Source of the DNA: Thermoplasmata archaeon
GTDB taxonomy: Archaea; Thermoplasmatota; Thermoplasmata; RBG-16-68-12; JAFNFQ01
Direction: 5' to 3'
Assembly: GCA_041489255.1 (NCBI GenBank)
Contig: JBGPQV010000001.1
Span: 1-64,000, forward strand
DNA length: 64,000 bases
Shown here: positions 29,001-38,168 of the stretch, one piece after another
How positions within the stretch are numbered: position 1 is the stretch's first letter
Layout: every line of letters starts with the position of its first letter
Notes under the pieces: generated by a model
What the model was told of the DNA's origin: nothing
The model's database searches: none
The model's input: the letters and a program-made list of their open reading frames with translations, nothing else
Position numbers and translations under genes: made by a program

Positions 29001-30140
29001 CCCCGCGACTGCTCCGCATGGCGGGGGAAGGCGGAGGCTCACATCCGCCTGTCAGACTTCACCTCGGCGGTCGCAGCGTACACCCAGGCGATCATAATCG
29101 ATCCCAAGGACAAGAACCTGAGATACTCCCTCGGGTTCGCGCTGGAGAGGAAGGGTGACTTCGAGGGCGCCCTGGACTCGTACGACGCCGCCCTGGGCAT
29201 CGACTCGCACGACAAGACCCTGTGGAACAGCAAGGCGCTCGCTCTACTAGGCCTGGGAAGGTATGAGGAGGCGGTCAGATCGTTCGACTTCGCCCTGAGG
29301 CTCGACCCCAGCTACACTCCCGCCATCGAAGGCAAGAACACCGCGACTGAGAGAGCGCACCTCCAGCAGATCGAGGCTTTCGCGAAGGTCGTCATCGAGT
29401 TCGAGAAGGCGAACCGGAAGTCAGCGACGAAGGAGGAGATATTCAGGGAGTGCAAGGTGCCCTTCGACATCCTGGATGAGGTGGTGAGCTACGTCAAGGA
29501 ACCGGCCATCGTCGACCTCGAGAAGCTCCCGCCGACGCAACAGCTGAGGTACGAGCAGCTCTCCGGGGCCGTGCTGAGCTTCGCGCCGACAACATCCGGC
29601 GTGCAGCTCGCCGACATCGCGACCGCGATGCCCGACTGCAGCCTGACGGATGCGAGGGAAGTCCTCGGGTACATCAGGAGCGTCGAATCGGTCCAGATGG
29701 AACCCTCACAGGTCCAGGGCAACGACGAGATGGTCAGGCAGGCGCTCACCCTGCCGAAGGAGGAATGGACCCTCGTCGGTCTCGCGAGGAACTTCCGCAT
29801 CGGGGCGATGGAGGCGAAGATGCTTGAGACCTCGCTCAGGATCTTCCGTGAGATTCCTGTCGAGAAGGTCAAACCGAAGCCTGAGCTCAGACCACTGCCA
29901 AAACCAAGCCCGCCGACGCCGGAGAAAGCATCCGAGGAAGAGAAGGTCAAACGATGTTCCCCTCACAGGGCGCAGTCTGTTCTCGCCCATTCCTGCGGTG
30001 CCCAGCTCTGCAGGGCGTGCATCCTCGAGGAGAACTGCCCCAACTGCGGCAAGCCCCTCCGCGAGGACGAGAACCTGGAGCACCTGATGAAGCACAGGTC
30101 CGATGACAAGCCTGTCGTGAAGGACTTCACGCGGCTCTAG
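26034..30140 (+). CDS. Giant TPR protein with C-terminal helical domains and Cys/His Zn finger
   Basis: About 30 34-aa TPRs (W..KG..L..L....EA...FD.AL..DP); C-terminal CSPH..HSCG..LC..CI...CPNCG; TATA GATTATAAA at ~25987. Confidence 0.9.
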   Translation: MDYSFFDRERRVLLKASRLEQEGRELLQVGANKKALVHLQKALACLDEDVSRIVRRQAECSAIYSGLSDSFLTLGQSDEAQKATDMALQLDPDNGGAWRCKARLLAGQGNSKEALECFDRALKINPGDKEVWSDKGEFLLSTAQPEDAAACFERVLQVDPLDIAHHDKLLRLRMRDPDLWFRKADAHRQLGQNEEALSSYDRVLHLDPSRREVYARKAEIYASIRQYESAVKSIEKALDLEPNDVRLWERKAELLGNKGDTAGALEALDRALELSPEDYRAWLTRAFILQSVGKHDEAIVDFRNANKIQPNSAESLVAKKESLIALGRWTEVLDTSESVLIIDPENKKAWADKGTAQVKLKRLPEAVETFNQYLKREPKDIAVLDMKRQCEKELGRHDDLLATCEAILALDRRNFSTLLDKGSALLTLKNYHGALSAFNEVLSLDHRNIEALRGKRATHREQGDHKGVIKSAYALLELDRKDAAAWFDAGQAEEAIGRIENAVKCYSSLLKCEPANQVAWRRYADLLAGRGDHLQAVKACDDLLALGNNDAETWRRRGESLYHLEDPKEAVDSFQKSIGLNSQDARTWLAMGMALEGCHRFEEAVAAYDKVLGISDKDKTALLRKGSVLLWLQRYEDSLSCFKALLEIDENDREALLNAGKVLRLMERHEEAFEMMNRILAIDRKLPEAWAVKTASLEDLGRSEEAAQSAVSWTDTDHKDLMAWMARARLMHSIGRTKDGLSAVHKALLISPGNLDALRLKKRVHSDVKDYTGVVKACGEILAVDRRDVETYKDMGLAYQALGMNEEALNAFDGAIAVDSMDKRGWNCRGDLLLRLGKPHDALECFEHVLTLSPRDRFALSRRGEVYLGLHDFEKALKCYEDALLLDSMNPDFLTGKARTLIATGKNDEAVKTLTPLLEKDPENQSAVKVKAEALLRLGKHEEALIHFEKASSVEPDSATLWRGQGEALLALKKDKDAVSAFERAVTLDPRDCSAWRGKAEAHIRLSDFTSAVAAYTQAIIIDPKDKNLRYSLGFALERKGDFEGALDSYDAALGIDSHDKTLWNSKALALLGLGRYEEAVRSFDFALRLDPSYTPAIEGKNTATERAHLQQIEAFAKVVIEFEKANRKSATKEEIFRECKVPFDILDEVVSYVKEPAIVDLEKLPPTQQLRYEQLSGAVLSFAPTTSGVQLADIATAMPDCSLTDAREVLGYIRSVESVQMEPSQVQGNDEMVRQALTLPKEEWTLVGLARNFRIGAMEAKMLETSLRIFREIPVEKVKPKPELRPLPKPSPPTPEKASEEEKVKRCSPHRAQSVLAHSCGAQLCRACILEENCPNCGKPLREDENLEHLMKHRSDDKPVVKDFTRL

Positions 30141-30141
30141 G

Positions 30142-31287
30142 TCAAATCGACTTCAGGATCTCCCGCGCGATGACGAGGCGCTGCATCTCGCTGGTGCCCT
30201 CGCCTATCTCCGTCAGCTTCGCATCTCTCAGCATCCTTTCCACGGGATAGTCGCTGACGTAGCCGTAGCCGCCATGGACCTGTATCGCTTTGTTGCAGAC
30301 CATCATGGATGTCTCGGATGCGTAGAGCTTAGCCATCGCCGCTTCCGTCTTGAACGGTCTGCCCTGGTCCTCCAGCCACGCAGCGCGGTAGGTGAGCAGG
30401 CGCGAGGCGTCCACCTGCAAGGCCATGTCCGCGAGGTGCCATTGTATCCCCTGGAAATCGCCGATTGGCCTGCCGAACTGTTTCCTCTCCTTGGCGTATC
30501 TGACCGCTTCCTCCAGCGCGCCCTGGGCGATCCCCACCGCCATCGCGGCGATGCTGACCCTCCCGCCATCGAGCGTCTTTAAGGAGTTCACGAAGCCCTC
30601 GTTGTAGCCGCCGAGCATGTCCTCGTTCGGCACGTGGCAGTCCTCCAGGATGACCTGGCTGGTCGCCGACCCGCGCACCCCGAACTTGTCCTCGATCTTG
30701 CCGATCTTCAATCCCGGGTTCTGCTTGGAGACGATGAACGCGGAGATGCCGTGATTGCCCTTCTCGGGCTCGGTGTTCGCAACAATGACGAACGTCCCCG
30801 CCACAGGGGCGTTGGTGATGAAGTTCTTGATCCCGTCGAGCACCCATTCGTTGCCGTGTTTGACCGCCATCGTTGTCATGCCGGCAGCATCCGAGCCCGA
30901 GCCCGGCTCCGTGATAGCCCATGCGCCCATCTTCCTGGCGGTGGCGAGGTCCGGCAGGTACTTCCTCTTCTGCTCTTCATTGGCGGCGATCAGGATGTTC
31001 CCGACGCAGAGGGAATTGTGAGAGGCCATGATGAGACCGTGAGAGCCGCAGACGCGCGAGACCTCCTCGACCGCGATGGCGTAGTTCATCGCGCCGGCGC
31101 CAGCCCCCTCATACTCGGTCGGGACCTGCATGCCCATGAGCCCCATCTCGCCCATCTTCGCGACGGTCTTGGCGGGGAACTCGCCGGTACGGTCGACCTC
31201 GGCGGCTATCGGCTTGATCTCCTTCTCGGCGAACTCCCTGACAGACTTGCGGGTCATCTCCTGCTCAGGCGTAAGTTTGAAGTCCAT
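30142..31287 (-). CDS. Acyl-CoA dehydrogenase (short-chain/butyryl type)
   Basis: ITEPGSGSDA, KNFITN, LDGGRVSIAA, RKQFG, HGGYGY, IGEGTSE. Confidence 0.95.
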   Translation of the reverse strand: MDFKLTPEQEMTRKSVREFAEKEIKPIAAEVDRTGEFPAKTVAKMGEMGLMGMQVPTEYEGAGAGAMNYAIAVEEVSRVCGSHGLIMASHNSLCVGNILIAANEEQKRKYLPDLATARKMGAWAITEPGSGSDAAGMTTMAVKHGNEWVLDGIKNFITNAPVAGTFVIVANTEPEKGNHGISAFIVSKQNPGLKIGKIEDKFGVRGSATSQVILEDCHVPNEDMLGGYNEGFVNSLKTLDGGRVSIAAMAVGIAQGALEEAVRYAKERKQFGRPIGDFQGIQWHLADMALQVDASRLLTYRAAWLEDQGRPFKTEAAMAKLYASETSMMVCNKAIQVHGGYGYVSDYPVERMLRDAKLTEIGEGTSEMQRLVIAREILKSI

Positions 31288-31355
31288 TTCCCGACCCTTG
31301 AGTTCCCCAAAATCCGACTCGGAGATATACCTTTGTCCGCCGGCCAGATGCGACC

Positions 31356-31805
31356 CTAGCCAGGGACCGCGTGGCGGCGAAGGAATGACTCTCCTTCGAC
31401 GCAGAGTCTCTCCACCAGCTGCTTGTTCGTTTCTTTGCTCGGTGGGCTCTCCTGCAGTGTCTCATGCCCGCCATCATCGAAGACTTGACTTCCTGAGAGC
31501 TTCTTCCTGATGAGGGTGGCCGCCGAAACCTTGTCCAACCTCAATATGCCGTTCGATCTCGCGCGCGAGACAGTCAGCGAAAAATCTTCCTTCAAGCGGG
31601 GACCCAAAGGGACGAACGCCTGCCCTAGTTCGAAGAGGCCCATGTCCTTCATCTTGCGCAGGATCTCCGTCTCCCCCCATTCGTCCACGAGGAGCACGTG
31701 GAATCTCGCCGTCTCGCCTCCCCCCTCGACCAATCCGTAGCAGACCGCCGTGAGTCTCCGCCCGTGTCCTCTCTCCGCCGCCACCCGGAAATAGAACCGT
31801 GGCAC
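31356..31805 (-). CDS. Hypothetical protein
   Basis: 149-aa ORF with TATA-like CTTATAT ~24 nt upstream of GTG. Confidence 0.55.
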   Translation of the reverse strand: MPRFYFRVAAERGHGRRLTAVCYGLVEGGGETARFHVLLVDEWGETEILRKMKDMGLFELGQAFVPLGPRLKEDFSLTVSRARSNGILRLDKVSAATLIRKKLSGSQVFDDGGHETLQESPPSKETNKQLVERLCVEGESFLRRHAVPG

Positions 31806-31989
31806 GGCTGACCATCATGCGCCGGATATAAGGAAATTGCCGCTCGCACGCCATAGTATTGTCAATTCCCAAAGTGACTGTATCTTCTCCTCATCACATT
31901 CCATTGTCGATAACTAAATAATGAAGAGCCTTTTCTCACGGCGGCGCAAACCTCTCTGAACGATTCGACGCAGGTTCGTCGGGAGGAGG

Positions 31990-33702
31990 ATGGCCATCGA
32001 AACCCTGACTCACGACATCGCGATTATTGGCTCTGGATTGGCCGGGATGAGGGCAGCCGTTGAGGCCGCGAGGGTCAGCAAGGGCAAGCTGAGCATCGCG
32101 ATCTTCACGAAGACTCACGCGATGCGCTCGCACTCCGTTGCGGCTGAGGGCGGCTCCGCGGCGGTGCTCTACCCGGATGAGGGAGACTCGTACGACTCGC
32201 ACGTGTTCGACACCGTCAAGGGCAGCGATTTCCTCGCTGATCAGGACGCGGTCGAGCGATTCGTGATGCTCGCCCCCGGTGAGCTCATACAGCTGGACCA
32301 TTGGGGGATGCCCTGGTCGCGGCGCGATGATGGCAAGATCGCGCAGAGGCCCTTCGGAGGCCACGAGTACAACCGAGCGACATATGCGGCGGATAAAGTC
32401 GGCTTCCTCGAGATGGAGACCCTCTACAGCGTTCTGCAAAAGTTCGACTGCATCAGGATCTACCATGAATGGTACGTCACTTCCATCGTCCGCGACGGCG
32501 ACACCTTCAGAGGATTCACCGCCATCGACCTCACCATTGGGAACCTAGCCGTCATCAAGGCCAAGGCGGGGATCATGGCGACTGGCGGGGCCGGGCGGAT
32601 GTACGGCTTCACCACGAACGGCCACAGCTCGACGGCCGACGGGCACTTCGTCGCGTACAGGGCCGGAATCCCGCTCAAGGACATGGAGTTCATCCAGTTC
32701 CACCCGACCGGGCTGGTCCCGACGGGCATCTTGATCACCGAGGCGTCCAGGGGCGAGGGTGGCTACCTAATCAACAACAAGACCGAGCGCTTCATGTCGA
32801 AGTACGCCCCGCAGAAGATGGAGCTTGGGCCGAGAGACTTGGTCTCTAGATCCGAGATGACGGAGATCAACGAGGGACGCGGTTTCGAGTTCAGGGACAT
32901 GAATTGCATCCACCTCGACTTGAGGCATCTGGGGCGCGAGAAGATCCTGGAGAAGCTTCCTCAGATACGCGAGGTCACGATGAAGTTCATCGGCGTCGAC
33001 CCCATCGACGAGCCGATCCCGATTAGGCCTGTCGCGCACTTCACCATGGGCGGCATCCACACGAACATCGACGGCGCAACGCCGCTCAAGGGTCTTTGGG
33101 CGGCGGGAGAGGTCGCGTGCGTCAGCGTCAACGGCGCGAACCGCCTCGGGTCGAACAGCACGACGACATGCCTGGTCTGGGGAGCAATCACCGGCGGTCT
33201 TGCAGCGCAGTATTGCACCTCCGCAGGCGGCAGCGGCTTCCCCGTGGACGCCGTGAAGAAGGAGGAGTCCAGAGTCTTTGACGAGTTGCTCCGTGGCTCC
33301 GGCTCGGAGAATCCGTATGTCATCAGGCGCGAGCTCCAGAGCCTGATGGACAAGAACATGTACGTCTTCAGGACGGGCGAAGGCCTCAACGAGGCGGCGA
33401 AAACTATCAAGGCCCTTAAGAAACGGTCATACAAGCGCGTCGAGGACAAGACGAAGGAGTACAACACGAACCTCCTGCATGTCTTCGAGATCGAGGCGAT
33501 GCTCGAGGTCGCGGAGGCGGCAATCGTCGGTGCCCTGGCGCGTCAGGAGTCGAGGGGAGCGCACACCCGCACCGACTTCCCGAAGAGGGACGACGGCAAA
33601 TGGCTCAGGCACACGCTTGCCTGCTACACCCCCGACGGCCCGACCCTCGACTACATCCCTGTCATCATCACCAAGCACAAACCACAGGAGAGGAAGTACT
33701 GA
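31990..33702 (+). CDS. sdhA: Succinate dehydrogenase/fumarate reductase flavoprotein
   Basis: GSGLAG, RSHSVAAEGG (FAD His), QFHPT, HFTMGG, GANRLGSNS, ESRGAH. Confidence 0.95.
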   Translation: MAIETLTHDIAIIGSGLAGMRAAVEAARVSKGKLSIAIFTKTHAMRSHSVAAEGGSAAVLYPDEGDSYDSHVFDTVKGSDFLADQDAVERFVMLAPGELIQLDHWGMPWSRRDDGKIAQRPFGGHEYNRATYAADKVGFLEMETLYSVLQKFDCIRIYHEWYVTSIVRDGDTFRGFTAIDLTIGNLAVIKAKAGIMATGGAGRMYGFTTNGHSSTADGHFVAYRAGIPLKDMEFIQFHPTGLVPTGILITEASRGEGGYLINNKTERFMSKYAPQKMELGPRDLVSRSEMTEINEGRGFEFRDMNCIHLDLRHLGREKILEKLPQIREVTMKFIGVDPIDEPIPIRPVAHFTMGGIHTNIDGATPLKGLWAAGEVACVSVNGANRLGSNSTTTCLVWGAITGGLAAQYCTSAGGSGFPVDAVKKEESRVFDELLRGSGSENPYVIRRELQSLMDKNMYVFRTGEGLNEAAKTIKALKKRSYKRVEDKTKEYNTNLLHVFEIEAMLEVAEAAIVGALARQESRGAHTRTDFPKRDDGKWLRHTLACYTPDGPTLDYIPVIITKHKPQERKY

Positions 33703-34172
33703 TGAACGCGCAATCACCCCCGAGCGCATCAACATCTGAATTGGAAAGCAGGAATAAGACCAGGTTCCTTGGCTGGGTCTTCGACAAGCCGCTGCACCTG
33801 GAAAGGTTCGGGATGATGCTGCATCGGGCGACCGGCCTCGGACTGCTGCTCTATCTAATCTTCCATCTAGTCGTGACAAACGCGATCCTCGGAGGCAGAG
33901 TGTTCTTCGCGGACATCATGGGCATGCTGTCGAACCCCGCAACGCACATAGGTGAGATCGTGGTCGTCGGAGCCGTGGGATTCCACGGCATAAACGGCAT
34001 CAGGCTTGTGCTCATAGGTCTGGGGGTCATCTCAGGCAGACCGCACAGGCCGGACTTCCCCTACAAGGCACCGTCGCTCAACAATGCGGAGAAAGGGGCG
34101 CTCTGGACCGCGTTCGGAATCGGGGTTGTCAGCGTTCTCTTCGCTTCGTTCTTCATCCTCATGGGGGGCTGA
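33702..34172 (+). CDS. sdhC: Succinate dehydrogenase cytochrome b subunit
   Basis: TGATG overlap; LHRATG, FHGINGIRL; 3 TM. Confidence 0.85.
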   Translation: MNAQSPPSASTSELESRNKTRFLGWVFDKPLHLERFGMMLHRATGLGLLLYLIFHLVVTNAILGGRVFFADIMGMLSNPATHIGEIVVVGAVGFHGINGIRLVLIGLGVISGRPHRPDFPYKAPSLNNAEKGALWTAFGIGVVSVLFASFFILMGG

Positions 34173-34175
34173 GAC

Positions 34176-34529
34176 ATGAGAGGATCCAAACTGATGCTGG
34201 TCAACTACATGTGCATGGTCCTCATCGGCATCACGCTGTTCCTGCACCTGGCCACGCATGCGTTCCTCGGCGTGTCCGGTTACGGGGCGAGCCTGGAGCC
34301 CGATGCCGTCAAGGGGCACTACACCGATACCGCAACGGCATTCATGCTCGCGGTGCTCCTCGTTGTCCTCGCGTTCCACAGCATCTTCAGCTTCAAGACC
34401 ACGCTGCTCGAATGGCGGCACGGCAAGACCTGGACCAAGGCGGTGAACTGGGGGGCGATTGTCGTGGCGGCGGTCATGGTGGCATTCGGCATGTGGACCA
34501 TCGTCGCCGCGTACATCACGAGGTGGTGA
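34176..34529 (+). CDS. sdhD: Succinate dehydrogenase membrane anchor
   Basis: 3 TM with His ligands; position in operon. Confidence 0.8.
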   Translation: MRGSKLMLVNYMCMVLIGITLFLHLATHAFLGVSGYGASLEPDAVKGHYTDTATAFMLAVLLVVLAFHSIFSFKTTLLEWRHGKTWTKAVNWGAIVVAAVMVAFGMWTIVAAYITRW

Positions 34530-34532
34530 GAG

Positions 34533-35306
34533 ATGGCAACCGCGTCAGAGAAGGAAATGAATGTGTCGTCCGAGCCAGGCTTCACCCCGCCAAAGGAGGT
34601 CGTCATCCGCTGCTCGCGCTGGACCCCGAGCGTCGGCGGGAAGCCCGCGGTCAAGGAATACAAAGTCCCCTATTCCCAGGGGATGACCGTTCTGGACGCG
34701 CTCCTGTACGCCAAGGAGAACATCGACGCGAGCCTCTCGTTCAGGTACTCTTGCAGGATGGGGATATGCGGGTCCTGCGGCATGCTCATCAACGGCCGAC
34801 CGATGCTCGCGTGCGAGACGCAGATCAAGGAATTGCCGCCAGGCCCGATAGAGACCGAGCCCCTCGCCAACTACGACACCATCAGGGATCTCGCCACGGA
34901 TTTCACGGATTTCTTCGCGCACTATAGATTCGTCAAGCCCTATCTGATCCGTGCGGACAAAGACGAGCAGGAGAAACCTGCGAAGCAATATCCTCAGACG
35001 GAGAAGGATCGCCTGAAGTACCTGCAGTTCAGCTACTGCATCATGTGCGGCCTGTGCGACGCCGCATGCCCGCCGGTGGCGATGGATCCGAAGTACCTCG
35101 GACCTCAGGCGCTCGCCGCTTCGTTCAGGTGGATGGCCGATTCCAGGGACGAAGGCCGCGCGGAGAGGGCCGAAACGGTGGACCACGAGCACGGGTGCTG
35201 GCAGTGCCACGTCGCCATGACCTGCTCGGTCGTCTGCCCCAAGGGGATCGACCCGGCACTGGGAATCCAGATGCTCAAACGGCTGTTGATCCTGAAGAGG
35301 CTGTGA
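34533..35306 (+). CDS. sdhB: Succinate dehydrogenase Fe-S subunit
   Basis: SCRMGICGSC, CIMCGLCDAACP, CHVAMTCSVVCP. Confidence 0.95.
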   Translation: MATASEKEMNVSSEPGFTPPKEVVIRCSRWTPSVGGKPAVKEYKVPYSQGMTVLDALLYAKENIDASLSFRYSCRMGICGSCGMLINGRPMLACETQIKELPPGPIETEPLANYDTIRDLATDFTDFFAHYRFVKPYLIRADKDEQEKPAKQYPQTEKDRLKYLQFSYCIMCGLCDAACPPVAMDPKYLGPQALAASFRWMADSRDEGRAERAETVDHEHGCWQCHVAMTCSVVCPKGIDPALGIQMLKRLLILKRL

Positions 35307-35383
35307 GGCCCGCTAGACCTCGCTCCATGGTTTCGCTGCTGTCAGCAAGTTTTATAGTCGCGGACGCGGCATGAGTCGGACGG

Positions 35384-36355
35384 ATGCATGTCCGCGAGGG
35401 GTTCCACAGAATCGAGATTCCGACCTGCCTTCCGGTCGGCGATGTCAACGTCTACCTCTTCGAGGGACCGCCACCGACCCTCATCGACACCGGTCCAAAG
35501 ACCCAGGAAGCTTACGAGGCCCTCACCAAGGAACTGCGGAAGCTGGGGCTCTCCATCAAGGATGTCGCCCGCGTCCTCATCACGCACGGTCACGTCGACC
35601 ACCACGGTCTCGCCGAAGTCATAAGGCGCGACAGCAGGGCAGACATCGTCGCCCCGGAAGGCGACGCAGAGACTGTCAGGAACTTCAAGGAAGCGTACCG
35701 CCACAAGCGGCAGGCCACCGCCGAAGCCTTTTTCAAGACAGGCGTGCCCGCGGAGACGCTCGAGCTGGTCGAAGGCTTCTTCGAATACCTCGCGACGCTC
35801 TCGGAAGCGACGACGATATCGTCCACGATCAGGGACGGAGACATCATCGACGTGGGACAGTGCAAGCTGAAAGCCATCCACACCCCGGGCCATTCCCCCG
35901 GCTCGATGTGCTACCAAGGCCTGGAAGGATGCCTGATTTCCGGGGACACTCTTGTCAAGGATCTCGTTCCGGTCGCTGCCTTCGGCTCCGCGGAAGGCGA
36001 GTCGATAGGGCTCTCCGACTACATGGCATCGGTCGACAAGCTCGAGAGACTCGGCTTCACGGATGTCAAGCCAGGCCACAGATCGGAGTTCAGGGACATC
36101 CCGGCCTGCACCGCCCTGATCCACTCGCAGTTCGAGAGCCGCCAGTCGAGCATCACGGAGGTGCTCCGCAACGAACCGAGCACCGCATGCGACATCATCG
36201 ACCGCCTTTACGGGATGCTGCCGATCCAGGACATCTTCCCCGCGCTCACGGAGGTCCTCGGCCACTTGGAGATTCTCACCGCCGAGGGTAAAGTGAGGTG
36301 CGAGGACAAAGGCGGGTTCGCCTACTACTCGGTCGCGCATACCGTGCTGGTCTGA
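35384..36355 (+). CDS. Metallo-beta-lactamase-fold hydrolase with C-terminal wHTH
   Basis: LIDTG, THGHVDHHG, TPGHSPG, SGD, PGH. Confidence 0.9.
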   Translation: MHVREGFHRIEIPTCLPVGDVNVYLFEGPPPTLIDTGPKTQEAYEALTKELRKLGLSIKDVARVLITHGHVDHHGLAEVIRRDSRADIVAPEGDAETVRNFKEAYRHKRQATAEAFFKTGVPAETLELVEGFFEYLATLSEATTISSTIRDGDIIDVGQCKLKAIHTPGHSPGSMCYQGLEGCLISGDTLVKDLVPVAAFGSAEGESIGLSDYMASVDKLERLGFTDVKPGHRSEFRDIPACTALIHSQFESRQSSITEVLRNEPSTACDIIDRLYGMLPIQDIFPALTEVLGHLEILTAEGKVRCEDKGGFAYYSVAHTVLV

Positions 36356-36473
36356 CTCGGCCTCACTGCAGTCCATCCGGTCCAGTCCTCTCCAGTGTTG
36401 CTCCGACCCGAAGCAGGTTGTCTTGGCGGGGTTGGCGGCGGGCAACAAGGTTATTATTCGGCGGCGGTTCTGC

Positions 36474-37112
36474 ATGACTGCGGCCATGCCGGAGAAGAAG
36501 CCATTCGTCAGAGCGCCCAGGGACGAATACTACCTGAGGATCGCCTACGATGTCGCCGCAAGGTCCACATGCCTGCGCCGCCAGATCGGCGCGGTCATCG
36601 TGACAGGCGACGTGATCGTCTCCACAGGCTATAACGGGAACCCCCGCGGTATGCCGCACTGCGACCTGATAGGCTGCATACGCGACGAGCTGAACATCCC
36701 GAGCGGCGAGCGGATGGAGATCTGCACGGGAGTTCATGCGGAGATGAACGCGCTGGTCTTTGCGGGACCTGCAGCGCGCGGCGGGGCGCTTTATTGCACG
36801 ATTGTCCCGTGCAACACCTGCGCCAAGATGATCGTGAACGCCGGGGTGAAGCGTGTCGCGTACAGCGAAGGCTACCCCGACGTCATGGGTTTCGAGACGC
36901 TGAAACAATGCGGTGTTCAGGTCGATAGGATCGCGTTGAAGAAGAGCAAGGCAGCTACGAAACCGGAGCACGGGAAGGAGAAGCTCAACCCCAAGCTCCT
37001 CAAGGACATCAGGCGGATGAAGGAGGAACTCAGGGAGAAGTTCGCTGCCGCAAGCGCCTTGGAGATGAAGGCGACTCAGATAATGAAACGGAAGAGAGCG
37101 CGTGGCGGCTAG
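36474..37112 (+). CDS. dCMP deaminase family (ComEB-like)
   Basis: RSTCLRRQIGAVI, TGYNG, HAEMNA, PCNTC. Confidence 0.9.
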   Translation: MTAAMPEKKPFVRAPRDEYYLRIAYDVAARSTCLRRQIGAVIVTGDVIVSTGYNGNPRGMPHCDLIGCIRDELNIPSGERMEICTGVHAEMNALVFAGPAARGGALYCTIVPCNTCAKMIVNAGVKRVAYSEGYPDVMGFETLKQCGVQVDRIALKKSKAATKPEHGKEKLNPKLLKDIRRMKEELREKFAAASALEMKATQIMKRKRARGG

Positions 37113-37118
37113 CCGGAT

Positions 37119-38144
37119 TCACTTCTGCGGCTCGATTATCACCTTTATCGATTCCTTTGCCTCTGCCACGAGTCTGAAACCCAGACCCGTATCCGCCAGA
37201 CCGAGGCGGTGCGTGATCATGTCGCGGACGTTCACCATTCCGGAGCTGATCAGATCGATGGCGGTCTCCAGGTCCTCCGGACTGGCGCCATAGGACCCGA
37301 CCATCGTCACCTCCTCCCGCCACAGCTCGTTGAACGGTATCGGGATTGCGCGGCCTGGGTCGGTCGGGGCGAAGAGCAGTATCGTCCCGCCACGATCCAC
37401 GGAGTTCAGTCCCTGGTCTATTGCCTTCGACGCGCCGGTGCAGATTATCACTAGGTCGGCCTTTTTTCCATCATTGAGCTCCACGACTCTCGCCGGGACA
37501 TCATCGGTCGCCTTGATCACCGCGGTCGCCCCGAAACGTCTCGCCGCCTCGAGCCTATAGCCAACCATGTCTGTCGCGATGATGCGTTCGGCCTTCGACG
37601 CCTTCGCGAGCTTGATGTGCAGCAACCCAGTGATTCCACTTCCGATCACCAGCACGGTCTGACCGGGCTCGGCGCCCGCCAAATCCTGTCCCCGGGCGAC
37701 GCAACCGAGCGGCTCGATGAACACGCCCTCATCATAGGTCATGTTGTCGGGTAGCAGGAAGACGCCGCGATCGACGTTCATCTCCGGGACGCTGATGTAC
37801 TCGGCGAAACCGCCAGGGTCGTAGTTGGTGCTGCGGAGCGTGTCGCAGACCGTGTGGTGTCCCGCCATGCAGTATTTGCACGACATGCAGGGAATGTGGT
37901 GCGAGACGAACACCCTGTCTCCCTCCTTGAAACCCCGCACATCGTCTCCGACCTCTACTATGTCGCCGGCAATCTCGTGGCCCAGGACCAGGGGTGCCTT
38001 CTTCTTCCTGTACCACTCCATGACATCGCTGCCGCAGATCCCGCTCGCGATGACCTTGACGAGCAACTCCGAGGGGTCGATCTCCGGCTTCGGCATCTCT
38101 TCCAGCCGGATGTCGTTGTTGTTGTAGTACATCGCGACGCGCAA
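37119..38144 (-). CDS. Zn-dependent medium-chain (polyol/threonine-type) dehydrogenase
   Basis: GICGSD, LGHE, CxxCxxC...C structural Zn, IGSGITG. Confidence 0.92.
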   Translation of the reverse strand: MRVAMYYNNNDIRLEEMPKPEIDPSELLVKVIASGICGSDVMEWYRKKKAPLVLGHEIAGDIVEVGDDVRGFKEGDRVFVSHHIPCMSCKYCMAGHHTVCDTLRSTNYDPGGFAEYISVPEMNVDRGVFLLPDNMTYDEGVFIEPLGCVARGQDLAGAEPGQTVLVIGSGITGLLHIKLAKASKAERIIATDMVGYRLEAARRFGATAVIKATDDVPARVVELNDGKKADLVIICTGASKAIDQGLNSVDRGGTILLFAPTDPGRAIPIPFNELWREEVTMVGSYGASPEDLETAIDLISSGMVNVRDMITHRLGLADTGLGFRLVAEAKESIKVIIEPQK

Positions 38145-38168
38145 AGTCTGTCTCCGGGGGAAACCACC

